DNA of 58,538 nt from an uncultured virus (IMG/VR IMGVR_UViG_3300028591_000120) (lineage: Duplodnaviria; Heunggongvirae; Uroviricota; Caudoviricetes): IMG/VR virus record IMGVR_UViG_3300028591_000120; one strand, given 5' to 3'. Shown piece by piece: positions 10,245-20,816 of this stretch. How positions within the stretch are numbered: the stretch's first letter is position 1; each line of letters begins with the position of its first letter. The position numbers and the translations under genes are program-made. Under the pieces are notes generated by a model. The model was given only the letters and a program-made list of their open reading frames with translations, searched no databases and was not told where the DNA came from.

Positions 10245-10937
10245 TTAAGTTGCGTCATTTGCTGGGTCATCATTTTTTTCATTTTCTTTGGTTAATAGTG
10301 ATATTTCGCAGCTACGTGACATTAATCTTGTCACTTTGTTATATTCTTCTGCTTCCCAATCTGATACATAGATAGCGTTATTGTTAGGCGCATATCTTGA
10401 ATAATCGTTATTGTTATTGCTATTGTTGTAAGACTTATTTACTGTGTATTTCTTTTTTGTAACAGTAGGTTTGAAATATTTTCCTGTTATGTCTATTCCA
10501 ACGGCCCCACACAACGACCTTTTAGCTCGAAACCAATAGCTTTTCTCCAGTTCCTTTACTTTTTCACGCCCTTCCTTTAATGAAGGGTAGTGCACCAATT
10601 CTTGTTCATATGTCCTCTCCTTTGGCTTTTCTACTGAAAACACCTCTACCTTTTCTCCATTAGGGCTTACAATAGAGGAATATTCATCACTTACTTTTGG
10701 CGCATTAAAATGACGTGTACTGCATGTCTGTCCATAGCGAGTATAAGTAGTATCTCTGCCATAATTGTCCCAATCTTCTAGTTTGTTTTTGCCTTCCCTT
10801 ACGATTGACAGCAGAGAATATACCAACATTGTTATTATTGGGGCCGTATATGTGGTATCATAGTTATATGTACTTGCCAAGTTTCCAAGGTAGCACAAAG
10901 ATGCCAAATTCACTAATATTGATATAAATATATACAT
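10245..10937 (-). CDS. membrane-anchored hypothetical protein
   Basis: Two N-terminal hydrophobic segments; promoter at ~10956. Confidence 0.65.
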   Translation of the reverse strand: MYIFISILVNLASLCYLGNLASTYNYDTTYTAPIITMLVYSLLSIVREGKNKLEDWDNYGRDTTYTRYGQTCSTRHFNAPKVSDEYSSIVSPNGEKVEVFSVEKPKERTYEQELVHYPSLKEGREKVKELEKSYWFRAKRSLCGAVGIDITGKYFKPTVTKKKYTVNKSYNNSNNNNDYSRYAPNNNAIYVSDWEAEEYNKVTRLMSRSCEISLLTKENEKNDDPANDAT

Positions 10938-11017
10938 CTGTACTTACTTTTTAAGCAAATATACACATTATTTTCTCATTAAAGAAATATATTGAGTTAA
11001 TTAATGTTAAACCACAA

Positions 11018-12841
11018 TTATGCAGCCAAAGAAGTGTCCTTATGCTTCCTATACAACGATTTGAGATTTGATTTGAGCAGCTTTTGTCCAACTTCCACAT
11101 TGTATATTAAAAGCCTTTTGTTACCACTTATGTTGCTTCCTCCATTCTCTATTATGGCATCAAGAACCACGAAGATAGCAGACTTGCCCAAATCATCATA
11201 TGTCAGATAATCACGATTTGTTTCAAGAACAAAGTCTTTAATTTTATATGGCCGGAATTGGTAAACAAGTGAATCTTCAGAGAAAGAGTCAAAACGCTTC
11301 AACTGACTTGCCTTTGTATAGGCATTTTTTCCGCTTAAAACAGCCTCACCAACATAATCATAGTCCAACTTTATGCCATGCCTTTTAAGAATAATTGGAA
11401 GGGCTTGCTTCATAAACGAAACCCTGTTTTTAATTTGACAAGCATATTGATAGATTTCTCTTATCTCCTTGCTTGTTAAATCAATAGCAATATTGCCTCT
11501 GGAACGTGTGCCTATTTGAGCCATTGGATTTTTAACATCATTTGGAATCCATTCATAGGTTGTTTTGCTACACGGTACTATTGACCTATTCTGAAAGTCA
11601 TTCTCCCAAGCAGAGTACATATCAGCAAACTTCTTGTTCACATAAATGTATGTGTTTTCAATCGCAGCCGTTTTATCACGATAGCCACAAAGACGGCCTA
11701 GCAATGCTTGCGCTGTTGTATCTGCCTTAATAGAAAAATCATATATCATATAGATATAATCCTTAAACCTACTATCAAGGGTTATGCCGGCTCTAAATGC
11801 GCCCTTAATAAGAACAATGAGTGGTTTAACGCGCATCATAGGCATTCCTCCAATAATGGAAGAACTTTTCTTCATTTCTGCTGCCCTCTTATTATATTCG
11901 TTCTTATTAATGAGTTCTTCTACTTTTTCATTAAACACATTGTATTCGATGTTATTACCAGAAGAATACATTTCATATATATCAAAATCCTTGGCAATAT
12001 ATGGGTCACTTTTGATTATATTAAAATTTCTTGTCCTTATTATAATAACGCCAGCGACACCATTGTTAGCCATCCTTTGATGGGCATCATTAATATAATC
12101 AAATATTACGCCTCCTTCTTCTATATCTTCTTTTTCGGCATCCATAATCAGACCCTTTTTAAGATATTCACTAACGCCAACGTATTGTTTAGATGGTTTA
12201 AGCTCTATAATGTTTTTCACCTGTTTAGTGTCACTTACTATCTCATCGAAAGGAGTGGCTGATACAGATACAATATATATATTCCTTTTTATAAGGTCAT
12301 TAGTGTCTTTCCAATCAATTTTTTGGCCATAAAGGAATTTACTTAATATGTTCTTTTCATTAGAACCATAGTGAGCCTCGTCAATGAATATGATAGAGTT
12401 ATTTATATCCCCTTCATATTTTAATAGGTCACTATTTTTCATAACAAAAAAATGCTTTGGACCAGGGTATTTTTTGCTTCTAAGCCCACTATATGTATTT
12501 TCTTCATTAGCGCCAATTACCTGCTGAAACACACGCTTTAGCGTTTGCTCTTTAAGGCCGCAATCGTTCATCCCGGTAATAAACATATATTTGTCTATAC
12601 CAAAATAACGATGCAACTCTGTTTGTGAAATAATATTTACAATAGAATTACATACGCCTGTTTTACCACTTTGCATTTTAGCGGCAAGAATAACATGGTT
12701 GCGCCTAGTTACTTTGCGCAACATGCTTTCGACCACCTCTCTAGCCGTGTTTATTTGACTATCAAATAAATAACCATGTGCTTTATTAAGCGACTTTCTA
12801 AATTTGTTGTTAGGTACGTTTAAAATTTTCTCGAAATCCAT
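11018..12841 (-). CDS. SF2 helicase-like P-loop ATPase
   Basis: AKMQSGKT (Walker A), FIDEAH (motif II), SAT (motif III), QALLGRLCGY (motif VI-like). Confidence 0.75.
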   Translation of the reverse strand: MDFEKILNVPNNKFRKSLNKAHGYLFDSQINTAREVVESMLRKVTRRNHVILAAKMQSGKTGVCNSIVNIISQTELHRYFGIDKYMFITGMNDCGLKEQTLKRVFQQVIGANEENTYSGLRSKKYPGPKHFFVMKNSDLLKYEGDINNSIIFIDEAHYGSNEKNILSKFLYGQKIDWKDTNDLIKRNIYIVSVSATPFDEIVSDTKQVKNIIELKPSKQYVGVSEYLKKGLIMDAEKEDIEEGGVIFDYINDAHQRMANNGVAGVIIIRTRNFNIIKSDPYIAKDFDIYEMYSSGNNIEYNVFNEKVEELINKNEYNKRAAEMKKSSSIIGGMPMMRVKPLIVLIKGAFRAGITLDSRFKDYIYMIYDFSIKADTTAQALLGRLCGYRDKTAAIENTYIYVNKKFADMYSAWENDFQNRSIVPCSKTTYEWIPNDVKNPMAQIGTRSRGNIAIDLTSKEIREIYQYACQIKNRVSFMKQALPIILKRHGIKLDYDYVGEAVLSGKNAYTKASQLKRFDSFSEDSLVYQFRPYKIKDFVLETNRDYLTYDDLGKSAIFVVLDAIIENGGSNISGNKRLLIYNVEVGQKLLKSNLKSLYRKHKDTSLAA

Positions 12842-12945
12842 TTCTTTCTTTTATTTATTGATTGATGGTGCAAAGGTAATAAAAAAACGTGAGAATACAA
12901 AATCTCTCACGTTAATTTTTGTTAAAACAGTAAAAATACTACGAT

Positions 12946-13332
12946 TTAACATTTTTTATGCAAAAGCGTTATTTTCGCACCAATGGCAAATGCCATATTT
13001 GCTATAGAGTTTCTAACCACAGCCGCATCAGCAGTAAAATTGGCATATGTTAGAGAATCATTTAATGTGGCGTTATAATAGTCAAAATGCTTTTTTATGC
13101 TGGCAATTACTCGTTTATTACCATCTTCGTTAAGAAAATCTTTCCATTCATCTTCAAACCTCTTTACGCATGTATTACCATATTTAAGAGAAATAGAAGC
13201 TTGTTCAATTAATTTCCTATTCTTGGCATTACAAGACTCTACAATTATTGCTTCTATTGTTTTGCAATGATGATACAATGCAGATAAAAGCATTAACATA
13301 GATATGTCAAAATGAAATTTTCTGTCTTTCAT
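12946..13332 (-). CDS. hypothetical protein
   Basis: ORF overlapping its upstream neighbour. Confidence 0.6.
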   Translation of the reverse strand: MKDRKFHFDISMLMLLSALYHHCKTIEAIIVESCNAKNRKLIEQASISLKYGNTCVKRFEDEWKDFLNEDGNKRVIASIKKHFDYYNATLNDSLTYANFTADAAVVRNSIANMAFAIGAKITLLHKKC

Positions 13333-13606
13333 TTAATAATGTTGTTTTTACTAGAAATCTTGTTGAAACTTCTTGTCTGAAAAAACTTCCCTGCCGAACT
13401 TTATTTCCCTCTTTTAATAAACCAGATATCATGTATGAATTTTTGTGGGTTATTTTAAAATCCCTTCTATCGTAACTTAATATTGGAGGAATATGATAAT
13501 ATTCATTTTCTTTTAAATCATCCCAACTAGTTAGAGGTTCTATTTTTTTTAAACTCTCTAACAAGTCAGAATAATTGCTGCCACTTTTATATTTAATTCT
13601 CGCCAT
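13307..13606 (-). CDS. paralog-family protein (SW.DL...YHIP)
   Basis: LTSWDDLKENEYYHIPP..RRDF motif shared with the next two ORFs. Confidence 0.65.
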   Translation of the reverse strand: MARIKYKSGSNYSDLLESLKKIEPLTSWDDLKENEYYHIPPILSYDRRDFKITHKNSYMISGLLKEGNKVRQGSFFRQEVSTRFLVKTTLLNERQKISF

Positions 13607-13883
13607 AATTTATTTTTTTGCCATCATAACTTTTTTTCCACCTTTTAGCAATAAAATTAGCTATTAAGTCGGTTTTATATAATGTGCTAGTGAATGTCTC
13701 TTTAACATTTCTAATTGAAAGATACCTTTCATTTTTGCTTAATACAATAAAATCTCTTCTTTCGTGAAATATCAAAGAAGGGATATGATATATTTCTCCC
13801 TCTTGTATATCTTCCCACGTAGTTATAGGCGGCACATCCTTTAACTTGGAAAAACATTGTACTTTATCAAAAGCAGTTATCAT
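13593..13883 (-). CDS. paralog-family protein (TW.DI..G..YHIP)
   Basis: ITTWEDIQEGEIYHIPS..RRDF. Confidence 0.65.
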   Translation of the reverse strand: MITAFDKVQCFSKLKDVPPITTWEDIQEGEIYHIPSLIFHERRDFIVLSKNERYLSIRNVKETFTSTLYKTDLIANFIAKRWKKSYDGKKINYGEN

Positions 13884-14617
13884 GTTATTTCAGACATATA
13901 TTTATAATCCTCATCTTCTTTATATAACCACACATATTTATCGGTCTTTATGTTTCTTGCGGAAATAGAGCCAACATATTTGGTTTCAATCATAATATCC
14001 GCTCTTCCATGTTTAATTGAAGGCGGCAAATGATAGCGTTTACCAACGGAAATGTCTGACCACGATGTAATCCCCGGAGCAGCGCACCACTTTTCCTTTC
14101 TTCTTGCCCTATCTTTTGCCTCTTGCCATTTTTTTGCTTGGTCATCAGATAAGGCTAATTTGTCGGGTGATAAGCCCAACTCTTTTCTTACCGCTGCATT
14201 TCCAACAGGACACCAAAATGGCTTTTGAACCTTTTCCATGGTGTACACCTTTAGCTTTATTATCCTATCAGTATTGTTAATGGTTCTTGCGGCTTTACAC
14301 TTACAGTTATAGGTCTGCTGTCCAGGCCTTTCAACATAAATTAAGTGTTCGCAACCATTACAATAATTTATGGCCTTATCCGTGCCAATACACGTAGGCA
14401 GTAATAGCTGATTTTGTATGCCTACTGGAGGTAAACTGTGACAATTATTATTCATAAAAACTATTCTTGCAGTGGTAGGATTGCCATCTACTGGAAGTAA
14501 ATTAAAATCTCTCATGCTGTTTACTATCTTTTTTAATGGCGTATCAATTGCAGAATCGTGAATGCATGTTGTGCACCTACTGCAATCACCAAGTTGACAT
14601 TTTAATATATCGGTCAT
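13880..14617 (-). CDS. Cys-rich protein with C-terminal SW.DI..G..YHLP domain
   Basis: CxxC clusters plus ITSWSDISVGKRYHLPP. Confidence 0.65.
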   Translation of the reverse strand: MTDILKCQLGDCSRCTTCIHDSAIDTPLKKIVNSMRDFNLLPVDGNPTTARIVFMNNNCHSLPPVGIQNQLLLPTCIGTDKAINYCNGCEHLIYVERPGQQTYNCKCKAARTINNTDRIIKLKVYTMEKVQKPFWCPVGNAAVRKELGLSPDKLALSDDQAKKWQEAKDRARRKEKWCAAPGITSWSDISVGKRYHLPPSIKHGRADIMIETKYVGSISARNIKTDKYVWLYKEDEDYKYMSEIT

Positions 14618-15149
14618 TTATCTCATATTCTTCTGGCGCTCTTCCAAGGACTTGCCCCTCTCCTAAATCACCTGCAAACTTTGCTTTGCTTCCAGTAACA
14701 AGACCACGCTTGCCAAAGTAATCTTCCATTTTAGAAGGCTCTGGCCCATTGGAATATTCAAACTCATCGCCAAAAAGCTTGTTACAGCTAATGCCATATA
14801 TTTCTTCTCCAATGCTACTCAATTGCTCAATAGAAATACCGTGGCACTCCAAAAAGAAATGTAACAAATGATTAATTGTCATTGTGACATATTCATAATC
14901 GTCCATCTTTTTCTTTCCACCACTTGACATTTCTTTGGTAATTTGCTCCAAAGTTTTGGCAATTTCATCAAAAGAAGACTCATTAGAAAATGGAGACGAT
15001 GTCTGACCAGATTTACTACTTTTATAGAAATAGCTGAGTATACCGTTGTTGCGCACTCCAAACCTAAAATATACATATTGGCCATTGTCCTTTATGACAC
15101 GTATAAAAGACTTCAAAACTATAAGTTCAATTTTGTTTTCTTTTTTCAT
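14586..15149 (-). CDS. hypothetical protein
   Basis: First ORF after the promoter at ~15172. Confidence 0.65.
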   Translation of the reverse strand: MKKENKIELIVLKSFIRVIKDNGQYVYFRFGVRNNGILSYFYKSSKSGQTSSPFSNESSFDEIAKTLEQITKEMSSGGKKKMDDYEYVTMTINHLLHFFLECHGISIEQLSSIGEEIYGISCNKLFGDEFEYSNGPEPSKMEDYFGKRGLVTGSKAKFAGDLGEGQVLGRAPEEYEINDRYIKMSTW

Positions 15150-15222
15150 TTTTATTTAATGTTTTATGAAGCAAATATACAAGAAAAAAATATTATATAG
15201 AAACTAAGCACGTTAAAAATGC

Positions 15223-15915
15223 TTAAATTTCTATATAATGCGGCTCATATACTCTTTTATAAAGTTCATCAACGACAGAAACATTTATTACAGTGGTTTC
15301 ACCCCTTTGCTGTGGCTCTTTTGTTACACTGTGCAAATGACCCGTGAACATTAATCGAGGCTGCTTTTCATCAACAGCATTGCCTAAAGGTATACAGCCA
15401 ATATGCGAATGGGTGTTATATGGCACATCTTGCAATATAACGTCACCAGTTCCATGAGGGCAATCATGCGTAAGCAAAATATCCACTTTATATGGTATTT
15501 TCTTATATATCTTTTCCAATTGAGCATCAGATGTCATCCATGCCCAATCATAAAATTGATGGCACCAGGGCGTTCCATAAATGCTTATTTCCTTATATTC
15601 ATCATCCGTTTGCTTTATATACTCGGCAGAACTATCGCATAGATACACTATTTTTGTGCCTTTAAACATTGCCTCCCAATCATCAGGATGAGACTGAGAA
15701 ACAAGGTCATGGTTGCCGGCGATAAGAAACACCTTTTCACATGGTTGCTTTTCACACCAAGGTATAAAAGTATTACCCAGCCATTCCAATGTGGCATCAT
15801 CCCAACTTTGAACCCTTAATGGCACAATATCTCCACATATACATAATATGTCACAAGGCTTAATTGTAAAATCCAATATGCCATGCATATCAGAAATCGC
15901 ACAAATTTTAATCAT
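15223..15915 (-). CDS. calcineurin-like metallophosphoesterase
   Basis: SDMHG, CGD, AGNHD, THDCP and GHLH motifs. Confidence 0.92.
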   Translation of the reverse strand: MIKICAISDMHGILDFTIKPCDILCICGDIVPLRVQSWDDATLEWLGNTFIPWCEKQPCEKVFLIAGNHDLVSQSHPDDWEAMFKGTKIVYLCDSSAEYIKQTDDEYKEISIYGTPWCHQFYDWAWMTSDAQLEKIYKKIPYKVDILLTHDCPHGTGDVILQDVPYNTHSHIGCIPLGNAVDEKQPRLMFTGHLHSVTKEPQQRGETTVINVSVVDELYKRVYEPHYIEI

Positions 15916-15937
15916 ATTTTTTTTGTATTAATTGAAG

Positions 15938-16009
15938 AGGCCGCTGCATGAGTCGAACATGCTTACGAAGTTTTTGCAGAACCCGGACTAACCGTTCATC
16001 CAAGCGGCC
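15938..16009 (-). tRNA. tRNA-Cys(GCA)
   Basis: GGCCGCT/AGCGGCC acceptor stem, GGGTT-CT-GCA-AA-AACTT anticodon arm, GCATG-TTCGACT-CATGC T-arm; CCA not encoded. Confidence 0.88.
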
Positions 16010-16032
16010 AAAAATGGGAGCATTTAACTCCC

Positions 16033-16659
16033 TTACTTTGAAGACACAAATCTCCCCTTTTCATCCCTCACAATTTTCTTAATTGGCTTTGCCTTTTTTG
16101 AGGCATGGCCATTCTTTGCTTTGGGAGAATCTGTTGACTTGGCAATAGCCTCTGCCTTTTCTCTCTTTTCAGCAAGGGCATTTTTAAGCCATTCGGCTGT
16201 TCCCTTAAACGAATTCACAACAGCTTCCTTTGCTTCCTTTACCTTTTTATCGTCCTTAATGCTCTTTGGAATGACGATAACAAGTTCCTTCTTTTTGCCG
16301 CTAATTATATGATTAATCTCATCAATTTTGCAGTTTTCAGGAATTGAAGCATGTAGTTCTCTAAATCCATTTTTGCCCTCTACCTTAACGTTTAAAGTGT
16401 CCCCAGTAATGTCGTACTTGAACTTCTCGCTACGCTTATCAAATGGCACAATTACCTTGAAGTCAGAAACGGTGTCCTTGACATCCTTCATAAAGCCATC
16501 GAAGCCACTATAAAGGCGGTTCCCCTTTTTGACTATTGAATCAACAGTTGCGTCAAAATCAAAATTGCTAAAGGCCCTACGAGCCTCTTCCATAATAGAC
16601 AATCTTAGACGCTCTCCATTGTCTATCAGACTTGTTAAAGCGTTCTCAAATATACCCAT
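16033..16659 (-). CDS. possible Hsp20/alpha-crystallin-like protein with Lys-rich tail
   Basis: Central beta-rich segment ending ELVIVIPK resembles the sHSP core. Confidence 0.45.
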   Translation of the reverse strand: MGIFENALTSLIDNGERLRLSIMEEARRAFSNFDFDATVDSIVKKGNRLYSGFDGFMKDVKDTVSDFKVIVPFDKRSEKFKYDITGDTLNVKVEGKNGFRELHASIPENCKIDEINHIISGKKKELVIVIPKSIKDDKKVKEAKEAVVNSFKGTAEWLKNALAEKREKAEAIAKSTDSPKAKNGHASKKAKPIKKIVRDEKGRFVSSK

Positions 16660-16773
16660 AGTTATATATGTTTTAATAAATTAACGGTACAAATATACAA
16701 AAAAATATTAAAAAAACAAAATTTTTATTCTAATTTTTTTTCAGATTAATAGAGAAATTACCTAAATTCACAC

Positions 16774-17304
16774 CTAATGCCGATGTAAGAAAGATAATAT
16801 ATGGCGAAATAAACTTCTTAAACGGCCGTTTTTGCTTGGCGCAATATTAAGATAATCAATGTCGGCATATTTTGGATTCATATTTTGTTCAATGACAAAC
16901 TCATATAAGCCCTTCTCTTTCAAGATAGACTCAAATGTGTATAGGCCTTTCTTCCTCTTTACAGCCAAGTCCAATAAATTGTCATCATTTTTGGCATGAG
17001 CTGCATATAATAAATTATGGTCTGTGATGGTGAAGCCTATTGCGGCCCTGTTAAGTTTAGTTGGGTTAGTGCTGTGCAAATCATTAAAATCAATAAGGAA
17101 ATACTGATTTCTGCCATAACAATATGAAGTCCAATGCCTAGCCTCTTTTGAAATGCACCACCATGTCCAATCGGAAAACAGTTCATTGCAATCCTTAAAA
17201 GAAGCAATCTTAATCAAGACAATGTTATTGTGGTCATACAAAATGGTGGTATCATTAAGCTCCCCAGTGGCAACCATTTTAATTAATTCTTCCCTCGTAA
17301 ACAT
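16774..17304 (-). CDS. WCI-motif phage protein (paralog of a domain in 30068 and 32264)
   Basis: NIVLIKI..F......WCIS....W..Y....QYFLIDF...IGFT......AH...D pattern; ends TAG GTG TGA. Confidence 0.65.
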   Translation of the reverse strand: MFTREELIKMVATGELNDTTILYDHNNIVLIKIASFKDCNELFSDWTWWCISKEARHWTSYCYGRNQYFLIDFNDLHSTNPTKLNRAAIGFTITDHNLLYAAHAKNDDNLLDLAVKRKKGLYTFESILKEKGLYEFVIEQNMNPKYADIDYLNIAPSKNGRLRSLFRHILSFLHRH

Positions 17305-17320
17305 GCTATTAATACTAATT

Positions 17321-18007
17321 TTACTCTATTGTACTATATGCTCTCTCCAGCTTATCTGTTCTATATTCAAACACATCTAAGCCATTTTGGGCAATTTCCC
17401 GTAGTTGATTAATTGCTGCCTCTATGGTGTCAAGACTCTTAAATGTGCGAGTCATGAGAATACGAAGTCCCAAACGCCTTCCTTCACCATTAATACACTC
17501 TTTATCATCAAATTGCCTAAGAACGCCAGAAGCCACAACACCATTATATAGGTGCTTCATCTTGGTACGGGTGTTGTCCAACTTCCATGATAACTTTTCA
17601 ATATAGGCAAAAATGGCCTTTTCATTACCCTTGCCTATTTCGGCAATTTCAACAATCAATTTCACAATGTCATATGCATCAGCCCTAAATAGAACAAATG
17701 GCGTTCTAATTTCTGGAAGCTCAAGAATCAAGTTGGCTATAGTGCCCCATTGACGATATGCGTTATCATAATATGCCGCAAGACTCTTAATCGGACCGGC
17801 ATTTTTAACGATGGCTTTAATCGTGCTTGGAAGTATGGTAATCTCAGTTACTCTCTTTTTCTTGGCCTCACGCTTCTTCTTACGAAGCTCACGCTGCTTC
17901 TTTTGAGATAACTTGCTCTGAATCTCCTTGTTCTTCTGCTTCTTATACTTAATGTATTCTTTCTTGGTCATTTTAACGCCATCGACCACAATATAAGTTT
18001 CATCCAT
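17321..18007 (-). CDS. hypothetical protein with Lys-rich N-terminus
   Basis: 228-aa ORF after the promoter at ~18035. Confidence 0.65.
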   Translation of the reverse strand: MDETYIVVDGVKMTKKEYIKYKKQKNKEIQSKLSQKKQRELRKKKREAKKKRVTEITILPSTIKAIVKNAGPIKSLAAYYDNAYRQWGTIANLILELPEIRTPFVLFRADAYDIVKLIVEIAEIGKGNEKAIFAYIEKLSWKLDNTRTKMKHLYNGVVASGVLRQFDDKECINGEGRRLGLRILMTRTFKSLDTIEAAINQLREIAQNGLDVFEYRTDKLERAYSTIE

Positions 18008-18188
18008 ATTTAATTATTTTTTGTTTAATTATGGTGCAAATGTATAAATAAAAAACATACTATGCAAATATTTTTTGTTAAAAAATGTTAAATGGTAGAA
18101 ATTTTATTGATTAACCATTGTTCTTTTTGCTAAAATGGTATATATTGTATATAGAAGATATTTATATACAGTTAAATGATTTTAAGCT

Positions 18189-19526
18189 ATGGATAAGAGA
18201 GAAAAGTTTATTGATAAAGCCTCAGAGAGGCATAATAATAAATATGACTATTCAAAAGTTGATTATAGTGGTTATAATGTTAAGGTGTGTATAATATGCC
18301 CAGAGCATGGCGAATTTTGGATGACCCCACAGAACCATTTAAAGAAAAAAGGGTGTCCTAAGTGCGCACTTGATGGACGCAGAAAACCCATTAAGCAGTT
18401 TATTGAAGAAGCAAAAACAATTCATGGCGATAAATATGATTATTCAAAAGTTAACTATATAAATAGTAGGACCAAAGTTTGCATAATATGTCCAGAGCAT
18501 GGCGAATTTTGGCAAGAGCCTTCAGCACACATAAATGGGTGTGGCTGTCCTAAATGCTCGCATAGAAGTTATGTATATACAACAGAAGAGTGGGTTGAAG
18601 AGGCTAGAAAAATTCATGGCAATAAGTTTGATTATTCAAAGGTAAATTACATAAATAATAAAATAAAAGTATGCATAGCGTGCCCTGAACATGGTGAGTT
18701 TTGGATAACGCCTAATTCTCATTTACAAGGCCAAACTTGCCCTAAGTGTTCACATAGAAGTTATGCATATACAACAGAAGAGTGGGTTGAAGAGGCTAAA
18801 AAAGTGCATGGCTATAAGTATGATTATTCAAAAGTTGATTATGTGAACAATAATACACCGGTTTGTATTATATGCCCTGAGCATGGCGAATTTTGGCAGC
18901 GGCCAATTAATCATCTAAATGGCAGCGGGTGTGCAAGGTGTGGAAAACTTAGTATGAAGGAAAAGGTAAGAAAACATGAAGATAAATTTATAGAGCAATC
19001 AAAAATGATTTTTGGAGATAGGTTTGATTATTCTAAAGTTGATTATGTTAATAATAAAACTAAAGTTTGCTTAATATGCCCTGAACATGGAGAGTTTTAT
19101 ACAAGGCCAGATGCACATTTACATGGCCACAGAGGATGCCCACAATGCGCATCAGAAAAAAATGTTCAAGAAACTATACTTTATGAACATTTAAAGAATA
19201 GATATAAAAATGCTAATTTATTTCATTCAAAAAGAGGAATTAAAAATCTGGGGCAATTTGAAATAGATATTTATGATGATGAAAATAAAGTGGCTATTGA
19301 ATATCAAGGCGACGAACATTTCGAAGCCATTGATTTTTTTGGGGGCGAAAATGGCTTAAATGATACCTTGGTAAGGGATAAAGAAAAGATAAAATTATGT
19401 GAAGAAAATGGAATTAAACTATTTCATTTTACTTACAATAAAAATTATAAAAAAGATAAAATTGATTATAAAGTGTACACAGATGAAAATGAATTATATA
19501 GAAAACTTGATTCTCTATATAAATAA
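18189..19526 (+). CDS. DUF723-repeat protein with C-terminal PD-(D/E)xK/Vsr-like nuclease (homing-endonuclease-like)
   Basis: Five HG.KYDYSKV.Y....KVCIICPEHGEFW..P..HL....CP.C repeats, then EIDIY...AIEYQGDEH...RD.EK. Confidence 0.85.
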   Translation: MDKREKFIDKASERHNNKYDYSKVDYSGYNVKVCIICPEHGEFWMTPQNHLKKKGCPKCALDGRRKPIKQFIEEAKTIHGDKYDYSKVNYINSRTKVCIICPEHGEFWQEPSAHINGCGCPKCSHRSYVYTTEEWVEEARKIHGNKFDYSKVNYINNKIKVCIACPEHGEFWITPNSHLQGQTCPKCSHRSYAYTTEEWVEEAKKVHGYKYDYSKVDYVNNNTPVCIICPEHGEFWQRPINHLNGSGCARCGKLSMKEKVRKHEDKFIEQSKMIFGDRFDYSKVDYVNNKTKVCLICPEHGEFYTRPDAHLHGHRGCPQCASEKNVQETILYEHLKNRYKNANLFHSKRGIKNLGQFEIDIYDDENKVAIEYQGDEHFEAIDFFGGENGLNDTLVRDKEKIKLCEENGIKLFHFTYNKNYKKDKIDYKVYTDENELYRKLDSLYK

Positions 19527-19544
19527 AAACTGTAAGCCCAAAGC

Positions 19545-20783
19545 TTACAGTTTTTTAATCAGTCCACTAATATAGTCACACTTCTCTCTGCTACCCAACA
19601 TCTTGCCCTTGTCGTTGGAAAGCTTGATGCAGTCTTGCCACTTTCTGGCCTCAGTAATTCTGAAGCCAACAAGCTTCACGACAATATTACTGTATGCAAA
19701 GTTTATCCCAGTTTCGGTATTGGTCACATCCGCCATTAAATGTGTGCCTATTCCGTATGAGTCTTTCATACGGCCATTAACCCACTTGTGAAGCTCAATG
19801 GCTTTGTCAATATCCAAGGCGTTGGAATAGACAATCGCTTTTGTTCTGGGGTCAATCCCTAATGATTGATACTTGTTGATTATCTTTTCAGTTTGCTCCT
19901 TTTCATCGCCACTGTCAACCCGCAACCCATCAAACGTTTTTGCCAGACGCTTAGATAAATTATCCAGGAATATGTTGTCACCGAACGTATCATACAAATA
20001 AATTCCCACATCACCATTGTAGCACATGGACCATTTATCCATAACATTATAGTTGCACTCAAACACACCAGTCACACATTCTTCCGCCGATATTATCTGA
20101 TGGCTCATCGTTCCGATGGGTGTGAGGTTAAATTCCTTTGCGAACCACACGTTAGATGTGCCTATAAAATCTCCAGTTTCGGCATTATTTGTGGCCGTTG
20201 TTTTAAAAACGTGTCGTGCTTGCTTAAATGCATCGATTACAATTTCCTGATTATGGAAAGAGAAGCGGCGACGAGTTCCCATGTCTGAAATCCTTATACC
20301 GTTTTCAAGGCATTTATAGCATTTATCGTATGCTTTATTCCATTCTGCTTCCCAGTTTACTTTTTCGGTATCTCCATTGATGATGTGCATCAGTTCTGAG
20401 ACGGTTGAGAGTATTGGCATTTCCCATATAATGGCTGAGTACCACTTTCCTTCTATTGTGACGGACAGGTAGCCATTTGGGTCTTGGAAGATGTGAACTT
20501 CTTTTGGATTTAATCTAAATCCGCGAAGGAAGTTATAATACCATTCTGGGAGGAAATAGATTTTTTCTTTCATGAAGGAAATTTCTTTTTCTGTAATGGT
20601 TATATTTGCCATGCCATTAATTTGTTCTTGCAGTAGTTTATCAAATCCTTTGGGGTATTTGGTATTGTTTCTGTCGAAGAACGAATATCTCACTTCTGCC
20701 TTGGGGTATGTGTGAAGAATGTAATACTGACATGTAAATGTGTACATGTCGTTATCGGTAAAATGTGTTATTATTTGTTCCAT
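19545..20783 (-). CDS. pncB: nicotinate phosphoribosyltransferase
   Basis: TDNDMYTF, SDMGTRRR, GTSNV, PIGTMSH, GLRVDSGD, YSNAL, YGIGT and KLSNDKGK motifs. Confidence 0.92.
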   Translation of the reverse strand: MEQIITHFTDNDMYTFTCQYYILHTYPKAEVRYSFFDRNNTKYPKGFDKLLQEQINGMANITITEKEISFMKEKIYFLPEWYYNFLRGFRLNPKEVHIFQDPNGYLSVTIEGKWYSAIIWEMPILSTVSELMHIINGDTEKVNWEAEWNKAYDKCYKCLENGIRISDMGTRRRFSFHNQEIVIDAFKQARHVFKTTATNNAETGDFIGTSNVWFAKEFNLTPIGTMSHQIISAEECVTGVFECNYNVMDKWSMCYNGDVGIYLYDTFGDNIFLDNLSKRLAKTFDGLRVDSGDEKEQTEKIINKYQSLGIDPRTKAIVYSNALDIDKAIELHKWVNGRMKDSYGIGTHLMADVTNTETGINFAYSNIVVKLVGFRITEARKWQDCIKLSNDKGKMLGSREKCDYISGLIKKL

Positions 20784-20816
20784 GGTTTTATAATTATATT
20801 ATGTTATAAAAATTTC

